From the NCBI GenBank assembly GCA_965219345.1, contig CBDCNE010000001.1, forward strand, positions 1 through 41,585: a stretch of 41,585 nt of DNA, given 5' to 3'. Position 1 is the stretch's first letter; every line of letters begins with the position of its first letter. Shown here in pieces: positions 15,680 to 25,143 of this stretch. The notes below the pieces were generated by a model that was given only the letters and a program-made list of their open reading frames with translations, was not told the DNA's origin and did not search any database. The DNA is from Nitrosopumilus sp. (GTDB taxonomy: Archaea; Thermoproteota; Nitrososphaeria; Nitrososphaerales; Nitrosopumilaceae). The position numbers and the translations under genes were made by a program.

Positions 15680-16036
15680 ATAATCTTTCTTATATTCTTT
15701 TGTTTTTGTTACAAGAGGACTGGCTAATTCTTCTGCTATCTGATCTAAAATTTGAACGTTCTCGGGTACAGTAGTGGCCATTATATATAGTACTAGTCTT
15801 CTACTGTAAGACTGATGAATGTTAAGCTTCTTATATATTTTTTTCATACGATAAAAGAATGTACTTTTAGGAATGGACAAGGAAGATGAAGTTTTAGTAA
15901 CTCTTAAGTACTGAGACACTAGAATATAGACCACGTCTATTTCACTTTTAGTAAGGACTAACAGGAATTTTTGTTTTAGGTCTAGAGGTGGCGAGGAGAT
16001 ACTCCTTATCCCCTCACCTTTAAATACTATACTCAT
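15650..16036 (-). CDS. LuxR/GerE-like HTH protein
   Basis: LTKSEIDVV...LSIPKSTFFYRMKKIYKKLNI matches the LuxR C-terminal HTH pattern. Confidence 0.7.
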   Translation of the reverse strand: MSIVFKGEGIRSISSPPLDLKQKFLLVLTKSEIDVVYILVSQYLRVTKTSSSLSIPKSTFFYRMKKIYKKLNIHQSYSRRLVLYIMATTVPENVQILDQIAEELASPLVTKTKEYKKDYLPYFEVNKV

Positions 16037-16077
16037 TTCATCTTTTTCTTTTTCTTTTTATATACTTTCTTTTTCAT
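16033..16077 (-). CDS. Possible Lys-rich micropeptide MKKKVYKKKKKKMK
   Basis: Fills the gap exactly, and its TGA overlaps the LuxR-like ATG (ATGA). Confidence 0.35.
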   Translation of the reverse strand: MKKKVYKKKKKKMK

Positions 16078-16093
16078 GTCTTTCTTTTTTGAT

Positions 16094-16453
16094 TTATTTA
16101 TTTTTTTCATATAACACTCCTTTCTTTATCGATGTTCTTTTTAAATTTATTCTTTCATTAGGCAAGTTGTGAGTATCATATAAAGACTTTAAAAACTTAT
16201 CAAATTTATTCCAGTCTTCTAAAGGGAATCCAGTTATGTTAAGACACAGCTCTTTATCCACAATGGCCGAGTCTTTTTCAAAACCTATAAACTCATTAGT
16301 TATTGTAAAGGACTGCGAGATACAAAAGTTTTCCATATCCCAATCTTGCCCGCTTACCCAAGTGTATGTCATGAGTTTACTTTCGGGAAGCGTAGGTATG
16401 GAATGACTGCAAGCAGCGAGGTATAAGCTGGTGGCTAAAAATAATAGTTTCAT
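16094..16453 (-). CDS. Lipoprotein (o-spanin candidate)
   Basis: Signal peptide with lipobox LAAC; two further Cys. Confidence 0.65.
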   Translation of the reverse strand: MKLLFLATSLYLAACSHSIPTLPESKLMTYTWVSGQDWDMENFCISQSFTITNEFIGFEKDSAIVDKELCLNITGFPLEDWNKFDKFLKSLYDTHNLPNERINLKRTSIKKGVLYEKNK

Positions 16454-16761
16454 TCCTGTTTGTCCTTTCTATTCGATAGTTTGTTTCTTGTCTTAAGATA
16501 ATCGTCAATATGTTTCGCTTGAGATGGAGCTTTAAATCGCTCTCGATCTGCAATCTCTTCAAGGATAGCTTTCAAAATTATTTCTTGTTTCCATATGTAA
16601 GGCATCAACTTCAGCTTTACTATATGACTGGTCATAAAAGAAAGTATCCACCCTATAGGCCCCCCCATAAAACTTGCAAAAGAAGAGATTGTTTTTGTTA
16701 GCCCTTTCTGGACTAGCTTAGAGCCAGCCTCAAGGATTTTATTTTTCTTTAAGTGGGCCAT
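16450..16761 (-). CDS. Membrane-associated protein (i-spanin/holin candidate)
   Basis: Hydrophobic FASFMGGPIGWILSFM segment then a helical C-terminus; coupled to the lipoprotein gene. Confidence 0.5.
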   Translation of the reverse strand: MAHLKKNKILEAGSKLVQKGLTKTISSFASFMGGPIGWILSFMTSHIVKLKLMPYIWKQEIILKAILEEIADRERFKAPSQAKHIDDYLKTRNKLSNRKDKQE

Positions 16762-17105
16762 TATAAAAGGTTGCCTACTTCGCTCCCGTCATTCTCTTCT
16801 GATTTGTCTTGCATGTCTCCTACTTCTTCTACTGGAATACGTACCACTGCTTTCTTCCTTATAGGAATTGTGATGCTTCCTATATTGCCATCTCCATCGA
16901 TGTCAAAACCTAGTTTATGTTCTGCTAAGTTACCTAGTATTATTTCAAAGGTATCCACTATTTGATCCTCATGCTCTGAGTCTCCTGGGATTTTCTCTTT
17001 GATAAATGCTCTGAGGTGAGGCTCTAAGAACCTTACCATTTGAGGTGCGAACTTTGCTAGGATTGTTAATATCATTTTTTTCTTACCTGTATTCATTGCT
17101 GACAT
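16761..17105 (-). CDS. Hypothetical protein with DxDGDG loop
   Basis: DIDGDGNIG Ca-binding-like motif; acidic C-terminus. Confidence 0.65.
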   Translation of the reverse strand: MSAMNTGKKKMILTILAKFAPQMVRFLEPHLRAFIKEKIPGDSEHEDQIVDTFEIILGNLAEHKLGFDIDGDGNIGSITIPIRKKAVVRIPVEEVGDMQDKSEENDGSEVGNLL

Positions 17106-17583
17106 ATTGTCTCCTTTTCTTTATTGCGTTTATAATTGTTTTCTTTTCTAAATCCTTATCTTTTTTCCTATGGTCATTATAAGCTTTCGTACCGAAGAGT
17201 CTAACCCCTACTAGTAAAGTGAACCTGATATAAAAACTTTTGTCAAGCCCTCTTAATCCTCCTAAGAATATATAGTCCGATATTTTTCTACTATAAAATC
17301 CTGTAAAATAGAGGAAGTCATGTATCGCAGCCTCTGTATCTCCAGAAGCATAAGGTGAAGCTATCCACCAGAATATACGAGGGACACTAAGACCATCATA
17401 AATGAAACCTTTTGGTATAACCATTTCTTCTCCGTCAACATAAAAAAGAAAATCCTCTGTTACAATTCTTTTTCTAGTACTGAGAATAGGAGCGGACTTT
17501 ATCCCTACCAGTTTATCTTGTTCCATCTCGCCGAAAGCTACTTTAGGGATGCTTAAAAATGTCCATTGCTTTTTCTGTTTCAT
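17083..17583 (-). CDS. DUF1353 family protein
   Basis: IPKGFIYDGLSVPRIFWW...AAIHDFLY...SDYIF...VRLFG. Confidence 0.85.
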   Translation of the reverse strand: MKQKKQWTFLSIPKVAFGEMEQDKLVGIKSAPILSTRKRIVTEDFLFYVDGEEMVIPKGFIYDGLSVPRIFWWIASPYASGDTEAAIHDFLYFTGFYSRKISDYIFLGGLRGLDKSFYIRFTLLVGVRLFGTKAYNDHRKKDKDLEKKTIINAIKKRRQYVSNEYR

Positions 17584-17584
17584 A

Positions 17585-17716
17585 TTAGAAAAGCCCTAGT
17601 AAAGCTATAGTCAATAAACAAGCTGCTTGAAATAAGATAAGAACAAGAGCTATAACTATAACCGCACCTACATGCATAGTGATATATTCAATCACTTTGA
17701 TCATAAGCACTTTCAT
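17585..17716 (-). CDS. 43-aa hydrophobic membrane peptide (below the ORF-track cutoff)
   Basis: MKVLMIKVIEYITMHVGAVIVIALVLILFQAACLLTIALLGLF with AAAGGA RBS; fills the gap before DUF1353. Confidence 0.6.
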   Translation of the reverse strand: MKVLMIKVIEYITMHVGAVIVIALVLILFQAACLLTIALLGLF

Positions 17717-18044
17717 CTATTCCTTTGTTTGTAATTTCAGTGTCATGCAGTTTGCAATTTTCCATCTTTACTCTTGACATATCACACTTATCAAAATTCA
17801 CACGTGTAAATATACAATGGGTAAACTTTGTATTTATAAAATTACAGTATTCAAAATTAAATTTTGTAAAGGTACAACCTCTGAATTTTTTTCCTTTTAT
17901 ATCCTCAAGCTTAACACCGGCATCTTTGAAATCCATATCTACATAAGAGTCCTCTGTAAAATAATCATCTAGACCTGGACTGGAAGACTTACTATAAGTA
18001 AATATGTACTTTATTTCTCTGCATACATCTCTAAGAAATCCCAT
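17688..18044 (-). CDS. Pentapeptide repeat protein
   Basis: KFRGC-TFTKF-NFEYC-NFINT-KFTHC-IFTRV-NFDKC-DMSRV-KMENC 5-residue periodicity. Confidence 0.85.
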   Translation of the reverse strand: MGFLRDVCREIKYIFTYSKSSSPGLDDYFTEDSYVDMDFKDAGVKLEDIKGKKFRGCTFTKFNFEYCNFINTKFTHCIFTRVNFDKCDMSRVKMENCKLHDTEITNKGIDESAYDQSD

Positions 18045-18045
18045 A

Positions 18046-18318
18046 TTATTTCTTATCCTTTAAATTATGGATATAGTCAAACAGTTTACTAATCTGGTTC
18101 TTATGCGTCTCTAACCTAGCACACAAATTCTTCTCGACCACCTGCAACATCTCTTTAAAATTCTTCAACTGATTAACATAGTTCTTTCTTGCAAGCTTTA
18201 TGATGATAGACCCAAATACAAGAACAAGGGTAGCTATAAAAGATAATAAGTAAAGATGCCCTCCGTTCATAGTTATGGTTATAATCTTATCTTCCATCCG
18301 TCCTCGCCTTTCATACAT
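18046..18318 (-). CDS. Single-TM protein with coiled coil (holin-like candidate)
   Basis: TM LYLLSFIATLVLVFGSIII followed by a coiled coil; the true start may be the second Met. Confidence 0.55.
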   Translation of the reverse strand: MYERRGRMEDKIITITMNGGHLYLLSFIATLVLVFGSIIIKLARKNYVNQLKNFKEMLQVVEKNLCARLETHKNQISKLFDYIHNLKDKK

Positions 18319-18584
18319 TGGTAATAGAATTCAAGTCTAAGATTGTAAAGATTTTTTTTAACTTCTTCCGCTCTTCTATCAAGACATTCTACTTTGTCTT
18401 TGGGTGAGTGCTTGCAGTTATCTAAGTATTCTAGAACAAGCTTATCAAATTCCTCATCACCACAATGAAGTATTTCCACTTCGAATATTTTAACTCGTTG
18501 TTCAAGATGTTCAATCAAACCAGTCTGTCTTTTTGATACATCATTTATAACCGTAAAAGCTAAAAATATTATTATTAAATGCAT
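18279..18584 (-). CDS. Small exported or membrane-anchored protein
   Basis: Hydrophobic N-terminus MHLIIIFLAFTVI, four Cys, AAGGAGG RBS. Confidence 0.65.
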   Translation of the reverse strand: MHLIIIFLAFTVINDVSKRQTGLIEHLEQRVKIFEVEILHCGDEEFDKLVLEYLDNCKHSPKDKVECLDRRAEEVKKNLYNLRLEFYYQCMKGEDGWKIRL

Positions 18585-18597
18585 ATTATTTCCCTCC

Positions 18598-21500
18598 TTA
18601 TTCTTTAATCTCTAAGTTTACTCTAAAATTTATTATTAAGGAGTCAGCTAAATCTTGTGTGCCTAGCCTGATGCCATTCGTTGAACGGGCTATATATATA
18701 TAATCTGTACCTGAAGTTGAGTTGTGTCTGTTCTTAGAGTGAAAAGCTAATGTATAGTTATTTAGTGCGCTAGGCGTTCCTGCTACATCTATTGCTGGCA
18801 TCTGACGAAAATCGTCTAGAAGAATTGAACCTTGTACAGTTGATCTATTATTTGAGTTTGCAGTCGTATTTCTTACTTTCATAGCAAAATGTAAAATTGA
18901 ATTTCCAGAGGCTCGATGATAAATCCCCCGTTCGTGGTCGGCAAATTCAAAATAGGCTAAGCGGTTACTCTGAGTTGCAAAACCAGAAGAGACATTTAAA
19001 AGTTCAACTACACCGTCCCCATAATCCACTTTATTTAATCCTGCTGGGTTTAAGATTTCTCCTGTATTATTAAAAATCCACCTACCATCTGACATCCTTA
19101 TGTTAACATCAAATATTCCACCGTCTGGATCAAGAGTTGTGGAACTCGTTCCAAAAAAGTTAGCGTTTGTCATAGAGTTTGTTGACTGGTAAATGTTAAA
19201 TTCACCGCTCCTATCAATTTTCCTTATGTTTCTTCTATAGGCTCCAATGGAAACTTCTGTTAATGAATTACTATCATCGTCTTCTTGGACGTGTATTCTT
19301 ACCAAACCTCTTCTGTTTAATTCTGATGAGGATAGTAATGCATAGTTTGAGTAATAAACAAAAGCTGTTATGGAGGAGGGTATTGTTTGTCTTGAGCCTT
19401 CACTTGAATTAAATCCATACAGACCATTTCTTACTGGGCTTGAAGTAGGGGCAATCTTAACTAAATTTATTCTGTGGTCTTGTTTTTGATGTGTAAATAC
19501 ATCGTCTATTCTTTCATAGTGATTAGCATCCACAGAGTAATAAAGACCTTTAGTAGTAGAGACTCCGTCATACTCCCATGTACCATCCTGATATTTAATG
19601 TTAAAAGGAATTTCTGTTCCTGCAGTCAAGTATCTAGATGGAAGCTGACCAGTTAAACTGTAGGTATAGTGCTTAATGTCTGTAGTTGTACTTGAGGTGA
19701 CACCTGCAAAGGTAAAGCTTACAGTTGGGAAGATAAGGTTAAGTGTTTCCCCGCTTATTCGTTTGCTAGTTGAAATCCTAACAGTAAAAGTTGTGCTTGT
19801 ATCGTTTCTCCATCCTATAGAATACAAAGCTCCTTCTCCTGTATCCCTTACGCTTCCTCCTGTATCAGAGGGGTATTCACCTTCACCCGTACCATATCCA
19901 AAGAAGTCTGAGCTTGCAAAATCTCCTATAGTTAGTACTGTATCAGATCTTAAATTCTCATTGGAGACATCATCTGTTAAATAATAAATGTGGTCTGTTC
20001 TTGGATTAGGTGGTAGATTATCAGATACAAATCTTCCTGAAACTAAAGGAGTTAATTGATTGGCTAGGTTGTCAATTAGTATTTGACTTTCTTGAGAAAT
20101 ACTTCTTTGAGTGACTCTGGTTTTTAAAGCTAGGTTGTAAGTATAGACTTTGGTATCGATATGATCAACCACCCACATAGTAATTTCATCTGACCATACG
20201 CCTCTAGCACTAGCGTTATCCCCATATAAATTAAATTCTTCAGAAGTGTCTCTTATTCCAGTGGCTAGTGGGTAAGCGTATGCAAAAGCGTCTGCTGCAT
20301 CAATTACCCACATAGTAGTACCATCTGACCATATTCCTGAAGGGCTAGCATTCTCACTAGGTAAATCAAATTCTTCAGAAGTGTCTCTTGCTCCAGTGTC
20401 TAGTGTATATGCATATAGTCTACCCCCAGTATCAGATACCCACATTGTGGTGCCATCTGACCATATTCCTGCAGGGCTATCGTTATCACCATGTAAATCA
20501 AATTCTTTAGAAGTGTCTCTTGTTCCAGTTGCTAATGTGTATGCATACATAAAAGCGTCTGTACCATCAACCACCCACATAGTAATTTCATCTGACCATA
20601 TGCTTACAGGGTTATTGTTAGCAGAAGCTAAATCAAATTCTTTAGAAGTGTCTCTTGTTCCAGTTGTTAATACGTATGCATATAGTCTATCATCAGCATT
20701 ATCAGCAATCCACACAGTAATTCTATTTGACCATATTCCTGTAGGTCTATCGTTATCAGAAACAAAATCAAACTCACTATCTACCTCTTGCGTACTATTA
20801 CCTCTTAAGCTTTCTATCTCAAGAACACCTGGCAGATGAGCTGTATCTACGCCGTCTGCACTTCCTATGATAGTTCCACCACCACTCCCCTCTTCATCAC
20901 TAGCGCAAGTCCAAGCTGTGCCATTCCATTTAGCTATTTCATTATTTGAACAAGATAAGCTTGCTAAAGTATCTGTGGAAGTCGGTAGATCATGACAGCC
21001 TCTCACACCAGAGCTACTAGTCCCGTAGTATCGATTGTTTGTTCCGTTTGCACATTCGGACTCATTTAGAAATAAACGACTAAAATATCCTGCGTTGAAT
21101 TGAGAGTCTGCTAAACCTCCTATGTTCCTATTATTGTCTATGGGAAAAATATGAGGAACCCGTACGTTATTATCCGCAAATTTAAGAACACTTCCAGTTG
21201 ATACGAGAACTCTGTCTATTGTTTCGCCACCAAAAGCACTAGGAGTATCGGTAAGTCCTAAGAATGTTTCACTGCCTCCACTTCCCTCAAAATGACTAGT
21301 AAGAACTCTAGACACTACAGTATTATCACCGTTTAAAATCTCACCAAAAGTAACACCAGTTCCTCTAAAATCTAAAGTGTCCACGTGTCCTGTGGGTGAG
21401 AATAAGTTTCTGTTTAAGCTGTAAAAAATAGAAATGTCATTATTAAGTCTTGTAGTTGAATCCACTATAGCAAAGGTACCTAGTTCTAAAGCGTGTCCGT

Positions 21501-24267
21501 TTAGAACAATTCTGAAGTTATCAGCGAACCTAGTCCGGTCTGCGTTTCTTATAAATAATCTTGCATTATCTGCACCTGTCTCAAGAGCAAAAGGAATGTT
21601 AGTGTTAGCTATTCTAAGCCTGTATTCAGTTGGCTGTGGAGTTTCGTCTTTTATGTAGGCATCGCCTTGAGCGTTCACATCCCATTTCTCTACAGTAGTT
21701 GTTACTGAGTTCCAAAATATGATCGAGTTAATCCTAGCAACACTTGAAGCCGAACCCAATGCTGTCGTAGTACTACCACAAATAGTTTCATTAGAAACAG
21801 CACCAGATGGCCTTGTTTCTTCACGAGTAAAAGCGTGAGAGCCAAAATCTGTGCAAGTTCCTTGTATTCTTCCGACTACATGAAAAGCTAATCTAGAGTC
21901 ATTGGAAGCTGTGTGGTATCCAAAAGGATTTCCCCACACATTACCTCTATTGGCTACAGCTCTTCTAGCGTAACCCGTAGGAGTAATTGTCACTGTCCTT
22001 GGGTCTGCTAAAGCATCTGGTCTTGTGTAGTCTATGTTTCCTTGAACAAATGTAGTTGTGTCTTTTGAATAGTGATAACCGTCAATGGTTTCACCTAACC
22101 TAACAGGATGGTCTACAAACTCATTGGTATGAGTTGTTCTTTTGAAGTAAGTTATATAATCGTTACTGTCTGGTTCAGTCAGTGGAAGTCTGCTGGCATC
22201 TTCTGATGTGATGTGTCCTAGAGCTATGTCCCCTGAATTTCTTTCAAGAAGTGTGTGATCTTCAATAGCTTCATTTTTAGTACTATTTAATAAAACAATT
22301 TCCTCTCTATTAGTTTCAATTTTAGCTTCATTAGAAGTGGAGCGTGTTGTGTTGGCATTCACTTGGCTGGTTAGGTCTGCGCCTGTAGTAATTAAAGGAG
22401 AAAGCTGAACAGCTAAGTTTTGGATTGTGATTTTACTTTCAGTAGGAATATCTATAGTGCCTGTGCCAGTGAGTGGTTGACCTGTAATGAAGTCAAATGC
22501 CAATATACTTTGTGGTACAATAAGAGATTCCATATACCAAGAGTTGCCGTCAGACCATAGACCTTGTACCCCACCAGTACTAAATGTTATCTCTGAAGTT
22601 AAAGTAACCTCTTTAGACAATTCTCTTTGTTTAGTTATTTTATTGTATGCCAATATTCGCATTCCGTCTGGAATTTGTCTTTGAGCAATATATATAGTAG
22701 TTTCATTTCCCCATATTCCCTCAAGTATTAAATCAGTTGCATGGGTATCTCTAGTGCTAAATTCTTCACTAAGAATTCTTGACCCTGTAGTAATATCCCA
22801 CACTCTAATACTGCTAGATCCACTTACATGATACATAGTTGTTCCGTCCAACCAAAAATTACGCACAATATTTGTATTTATAGAACGACTTGTGTCTCGT
22901 ACTCCTAAAAAAGAATAGGGGGTTATTCTATTTCCCTCACCCACCCACATATCAGTACCATCAGACCAGAGACCATTGTGTGCACTGTTATTAAGCCCGT
23001 TTATATCTTTTGAAGCATCTCTAGCTTTTGTAATAAAATTATACGCATAAATTTTTTTATCGGTTCTATCTAACACATACATAGTAATACCGTCTGACCA
23101 TAATCCTGTGGGGACAGTGTTAGTATTTTGGTCTAGAATAAATTGGTTATTAGGTGCTGTTATAGCGTTAATGGCAGTTCCTCTAAGATTAGAAATAGTA
23201 CTTGATGCTGGTAAATCATTTGTATCAACGGAAGCGTCAATAGGAGCGGTAGGGTCTGGAAGATCAACAAACTCCAAAGCATTCCCTGCGGTATTAACTT
23301 GCGCTATCTGTCCTGGATTTCCCAATGTAGCGGGGGTATTTGTAAGACTTTCGAAACTAACAGGGTTAGGTGAAATATTTATTAGAGGGGAAAGCTGGAC
23401 AGCTAGGTTTTGAACTGTTATTTTACTTTCAATTGCTGAGCTTGCTCCTCTAAGTTCGTCAATGGTGGTGGATGCTGGTAAATCAGTAGTATCCACAGAA
23501 GAAACTTCACCGCCAGTTCCTACTATGTCATCACCGCAAGCCCAGGCTGTTCCGTTCCATTTAGCTATCTGACTATTAGAACAAGATAAAGCTCCTAGAG
23601 TGTCTGAGTCTGTGAAAGTAGGCAGTGCAAAACAGCCTTTAGTACCTGATGCGTTAGTCCCTAAGTACTGGCTATTTCCACAGGCATCTTCATTTAAAGT
23701 TATGGTTTTTACATGCAAATTATTAAACTGATTAGTTCCGCTGGCTCCTATGTTAATAGCACTGGTCTGTGGTAAAATCCTCGGAAGAATTACAGTGCCT
23801 CCAATGGCAGTCTCTACACCAGAACCAGTGTTTCTAAACACCCTATTTACCCCTGAATTGGCTCCTAAAGGATTATACGAGTCTGGGGTGTCTGGATGTT
23901 CTAGAAAAGTAAAGGCTTCGTGGTCATGATCATGTTCGTGGGCAATTTCTGGCTCACATATCATAGCTCCGTCTACCCACACATTTATATGGTGGTCAGA
24001 ACAAGCGCTATTAGGAGTTATATTAGATGAGAAATAACTCATCAAGAAATTAAAGTCATTGAAAGAGGTTGGACTCTCACCGTAAACTCTTAGAGTATCC
24101 GTCTCTGTCCTCTCTACACAGCCCTGAACATATCTACATTTAGTAATCATATTCTGAGGTGAACCAGGGGCTATCTGGTCATTATGAGGCAGTCGCCTTT
24201 CTTCATTTAAGGCAAAAGCGTAGAATATATTAAAAAATAATAATAGAAAAATTAAACAGTATCTCAT
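18598..24267 (-). CDS. Giant fibre/adhesin-like protein with signal peptide and two WSDG-type beta-propeller blocks
   Basis: Tail-fibre position; FxxLxDTP-type fibre motifs; two CSNxxIAKWNGTAWxC motifs; 2x5 G(I/L)WSDG-like repeats; N-terminus MRYCLIFLLLFFNIFYAFA. Confidence 0.8.
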   Translation of the reverse strand: MRYCLIFLLLFFNIFYAFALNEERRLPHNDQIAPGSPQNMITKCRYVQGCVERTETDTLRVYGESPTSFNDFNFLMSYFSSNITPNSACSDHHINVWVDGAMICEPEIAHEHDHDHEAFTFLEHPDTPDSYNPLGANSGVNRVFRNTGSGVETAIGGTVILPRILPQTSAINIGASGTNQFNNLHVKTITLNEDACGNSQYLGTNASGTKGCFALPTFTDSDTLGALSCSNSQIAKWNGTAWACGDDIVGTGGEVSSVDTTDLPASTTIDELRGASSAIESKITVQNLAVQLSPLINISPNPVSFESLTNTPATLGNPGQIAQVNTAGNALEFVDLPDPTAPIDASVDTNDLPASSTISNLRGTAINAITAPNNQFILDQNTNTVPTGLWSDGITMYVLDRTDKKIYAYNFITKARDASKDINGLNNSAHNGLWSDGTDMWVGEGNRITPYSFLGVRDTSRSINTNIVRNFWLDGTTMYHVSGSSSIRVWDITTGSRILSEEFSTRDTHATDLILEGIWGNETTIYIAQRQIPDGMRILAYNKITKQRELSKEVTLTSEITFSTGGVQGLWSDGNSWYMESLIVPQSILAFDFITGQPLTGTGTIDIPTESKITIQNLAVQLSPLITTGADLTSQVNANTTRSTSNEAKIETNREEIVLLNSTKNEAIEDHTLLERNSGDIALGHITSEDASRLPLTEPDSNDYITYFKRTTHTNEFVDHPVRLGETIDGYHYSKDTTTFVQGNIDYTRPDALADPRTVTITPTGYARRAVANRGNVWGNPFGYHTASNDSRLAFHVVGRIQGTCTDFGSHAFTREETRPSGAVSNETICGSTTTALGSASSVARINSIIFWNSVTTTVEKWDVNAQGDAYIKDETPQPTEYRLRIANTNIPFALETGADNARLFIRNADRTRFADNFRIVLNGHALELGTFAIVDSTTRLNNDISIFYSLNRNLFSPTGHVDTLDFRGTGVTFGEILNGDNTVVSRVLTSHFEGSGGSETFLGLTDTPSAFGGETIDRVLVSTGSVLKFADNNVRVPHIFPIDNNRNIGGLADSQFNAGYFSRLFLNESECANGTNNRYYGTSSSGVRGCHDLPTSTDTLASLSCSNNEIAKWNGTAWTCASDEEGSGGGTIIGSADGVDTAHLPGVLEIESLRGNSTQEVDSEFDFVSDNDRPTGIWSNRITVWIADNADDRLYAYVLTTGTRDTSKEFDLASANNNPVSIWSDEITMWVVDGTDAFMYAYTLATGTRDTSKEFDLHGDNDSPAGIWSDGTTMWVSDTGGRLYAYTLDTGARDTSEEFDLPSENASPSGIWSDGTTMWVIDAADAFAYAYPLATGIRDTSEEFNLYGDNASARGVWSDEITMWVVDHIDTKVYTYNLALKTRVTQRSISQESQILIDNLANQLTPLVSGRFVSDNLPPNPRTDHIYYLTDDVSNENLRSDTVLTIGDFASSDFFGYGTGEGEYPSDTGGSVRDTGEGALYSIGWRNDTSTTFTVRISTSKRISGETLNLIFPTVSFTFAGVTSSTTTDIKHYTYSLTGQLPSRYLTAGTEIPFNIKYQDGTWEYDGVSTTKGLYYSVDANHYERIDDVFTHQKQDHRINLVKIAPTSSPVRNGLYGFNSSEGSRQTIPSSITAFVYYSNYALLSSSELNRRGLVRIHVQEDDDSNSLTEVSIGAYRRNIRKIDRSGEFNIYQSTNSMTNANFFGTSSTTLDPDGGIFDVNIRMSDGRWIFNNTGEILNPAGLNKVDYGDGVVELLNVSSGFATQSNRLAYFEFADHERGIYHRASGNSILHFAMKVRNTTANSNNRSTVQGSILLDDFRQMPAIDVAGTPSALNNYTLAFHSKNRHNSTSGTDYIYIARSTNGIRLGTQDLADSLIINFRVNLEIKE

Positions 24268-25143
24268 TTAGACTCCTTTCTTAATGAAAACTTGATATGG
24301 ATAGTATACATTGATGTCCGTCCACATACAAGTATTCATATAATAAACTTTATAATTCATTCCTCCGACTCTAACTAATACAGGAGGCTTCTTAAAAGTT
24401 CCTCCTGCGAGTCGCAACTCTTCCTCTTCTTGAAAAGTGAAAGATTTTATATTTGTAATTTCAGAATTCTCTCTTACTGCTATAAATCCTAAAGCCGATA
24501 CTCGACTACCTAGATTAGGAAAGGCTACAGTTAAATCCGTTTCACAGCCTCCGTACGCTGTTATGGCAAAAGATTTGAAAGCGGTGGGGTCTGACACCCT
24601 ATTTAGTGCTTCGTTGAACAGAGAGGTCTCTTCGTCCCCTTTAAAGCCCGATACTAGCCATCCATAGGTCAAGTAAAGACTATTGCTTATTCCTTTTTCT
24701 AGTAGTTCTTCTTGTGTTAGAAGAGGTCTGGAAGCATTAACAGGGCTTATAATATTTTTAATATCAGTAATATCTCCTGTTTTATTACGTATTTTAGGCC
24801 TCATTTCTTGAAAGATCATAGTTATTCGGTCTAAAGCTTTTTCAAAAGATGATAAATGCTTTCTGCCTTCAAATAAATTTAAAGGCTGTATTAGCTCTGT
24901 GGTTCTAATAATCCTAAGGTCTCTCACATTATTATCTTCTTTAGGAAATACAACCTCTTCTGGCCTAGGGATATAGATTTTCTTATTTAAAATTGACCAA
25001 TGGTCTTTAGAAAGTTCTTTAGTTTTATCAGCTTCGAATACAATTTTTAATTGGTCAATATACAAAAAATCTATATATAAATCATATCCTTGATTAATTT
25101 TATCAATAGAAAAAATTTGATGGCTTACTAAATTAGTTACCAC
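24268..25143 (-). CDS. Tail fibre adaptor, T7 gp17 N-terminal-like domain plus C-terminal domain
   Basis: LRIIRTTELIQ...FEKALDRITMIFQE. Confidence 0.7.
   Translation of the reverse strand: MVTNLVSHQIFSIDKINQGYDLYIDFLYIDQLKIVFEADKTKELSKDHWSILNKKIYIPRPEEVVFPKEDNNVRDLRIIRTTELIQPLNLFEGRKHLSSFEKALDRITMIFQEMRPKIRNKTGDITDIKNIISPVNASRPLLTQEELLEKGISNSLYLTYGWLVSGFKGDEETSLFNEALNRVSDPTAFKSFAITAYGGCETDLTVAFPNLGSRVSALGFIAVRENSEITNIKSFTFQEEEELRLAGGTFKKPPVLVRVGGMNYKVYYMNTCMWTDINVYYPYQVFIKKGV

Noticed and set aside
19474-23413. Plus-strand ORFs inside the fibre gene (e.g. 20381..20839) and similar antisense ORFs elsewhere
   Set aside because: Antisense shadows of long genes, with no RBS or independent motifs.
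18598-24267. Diversity-generating retroelement acting on the fibre (the structural module is BPP-1-like in layout)
   Set aside because: No reverse transcriptase and no template/variable repeat pair with adenine-specific differences was seen.
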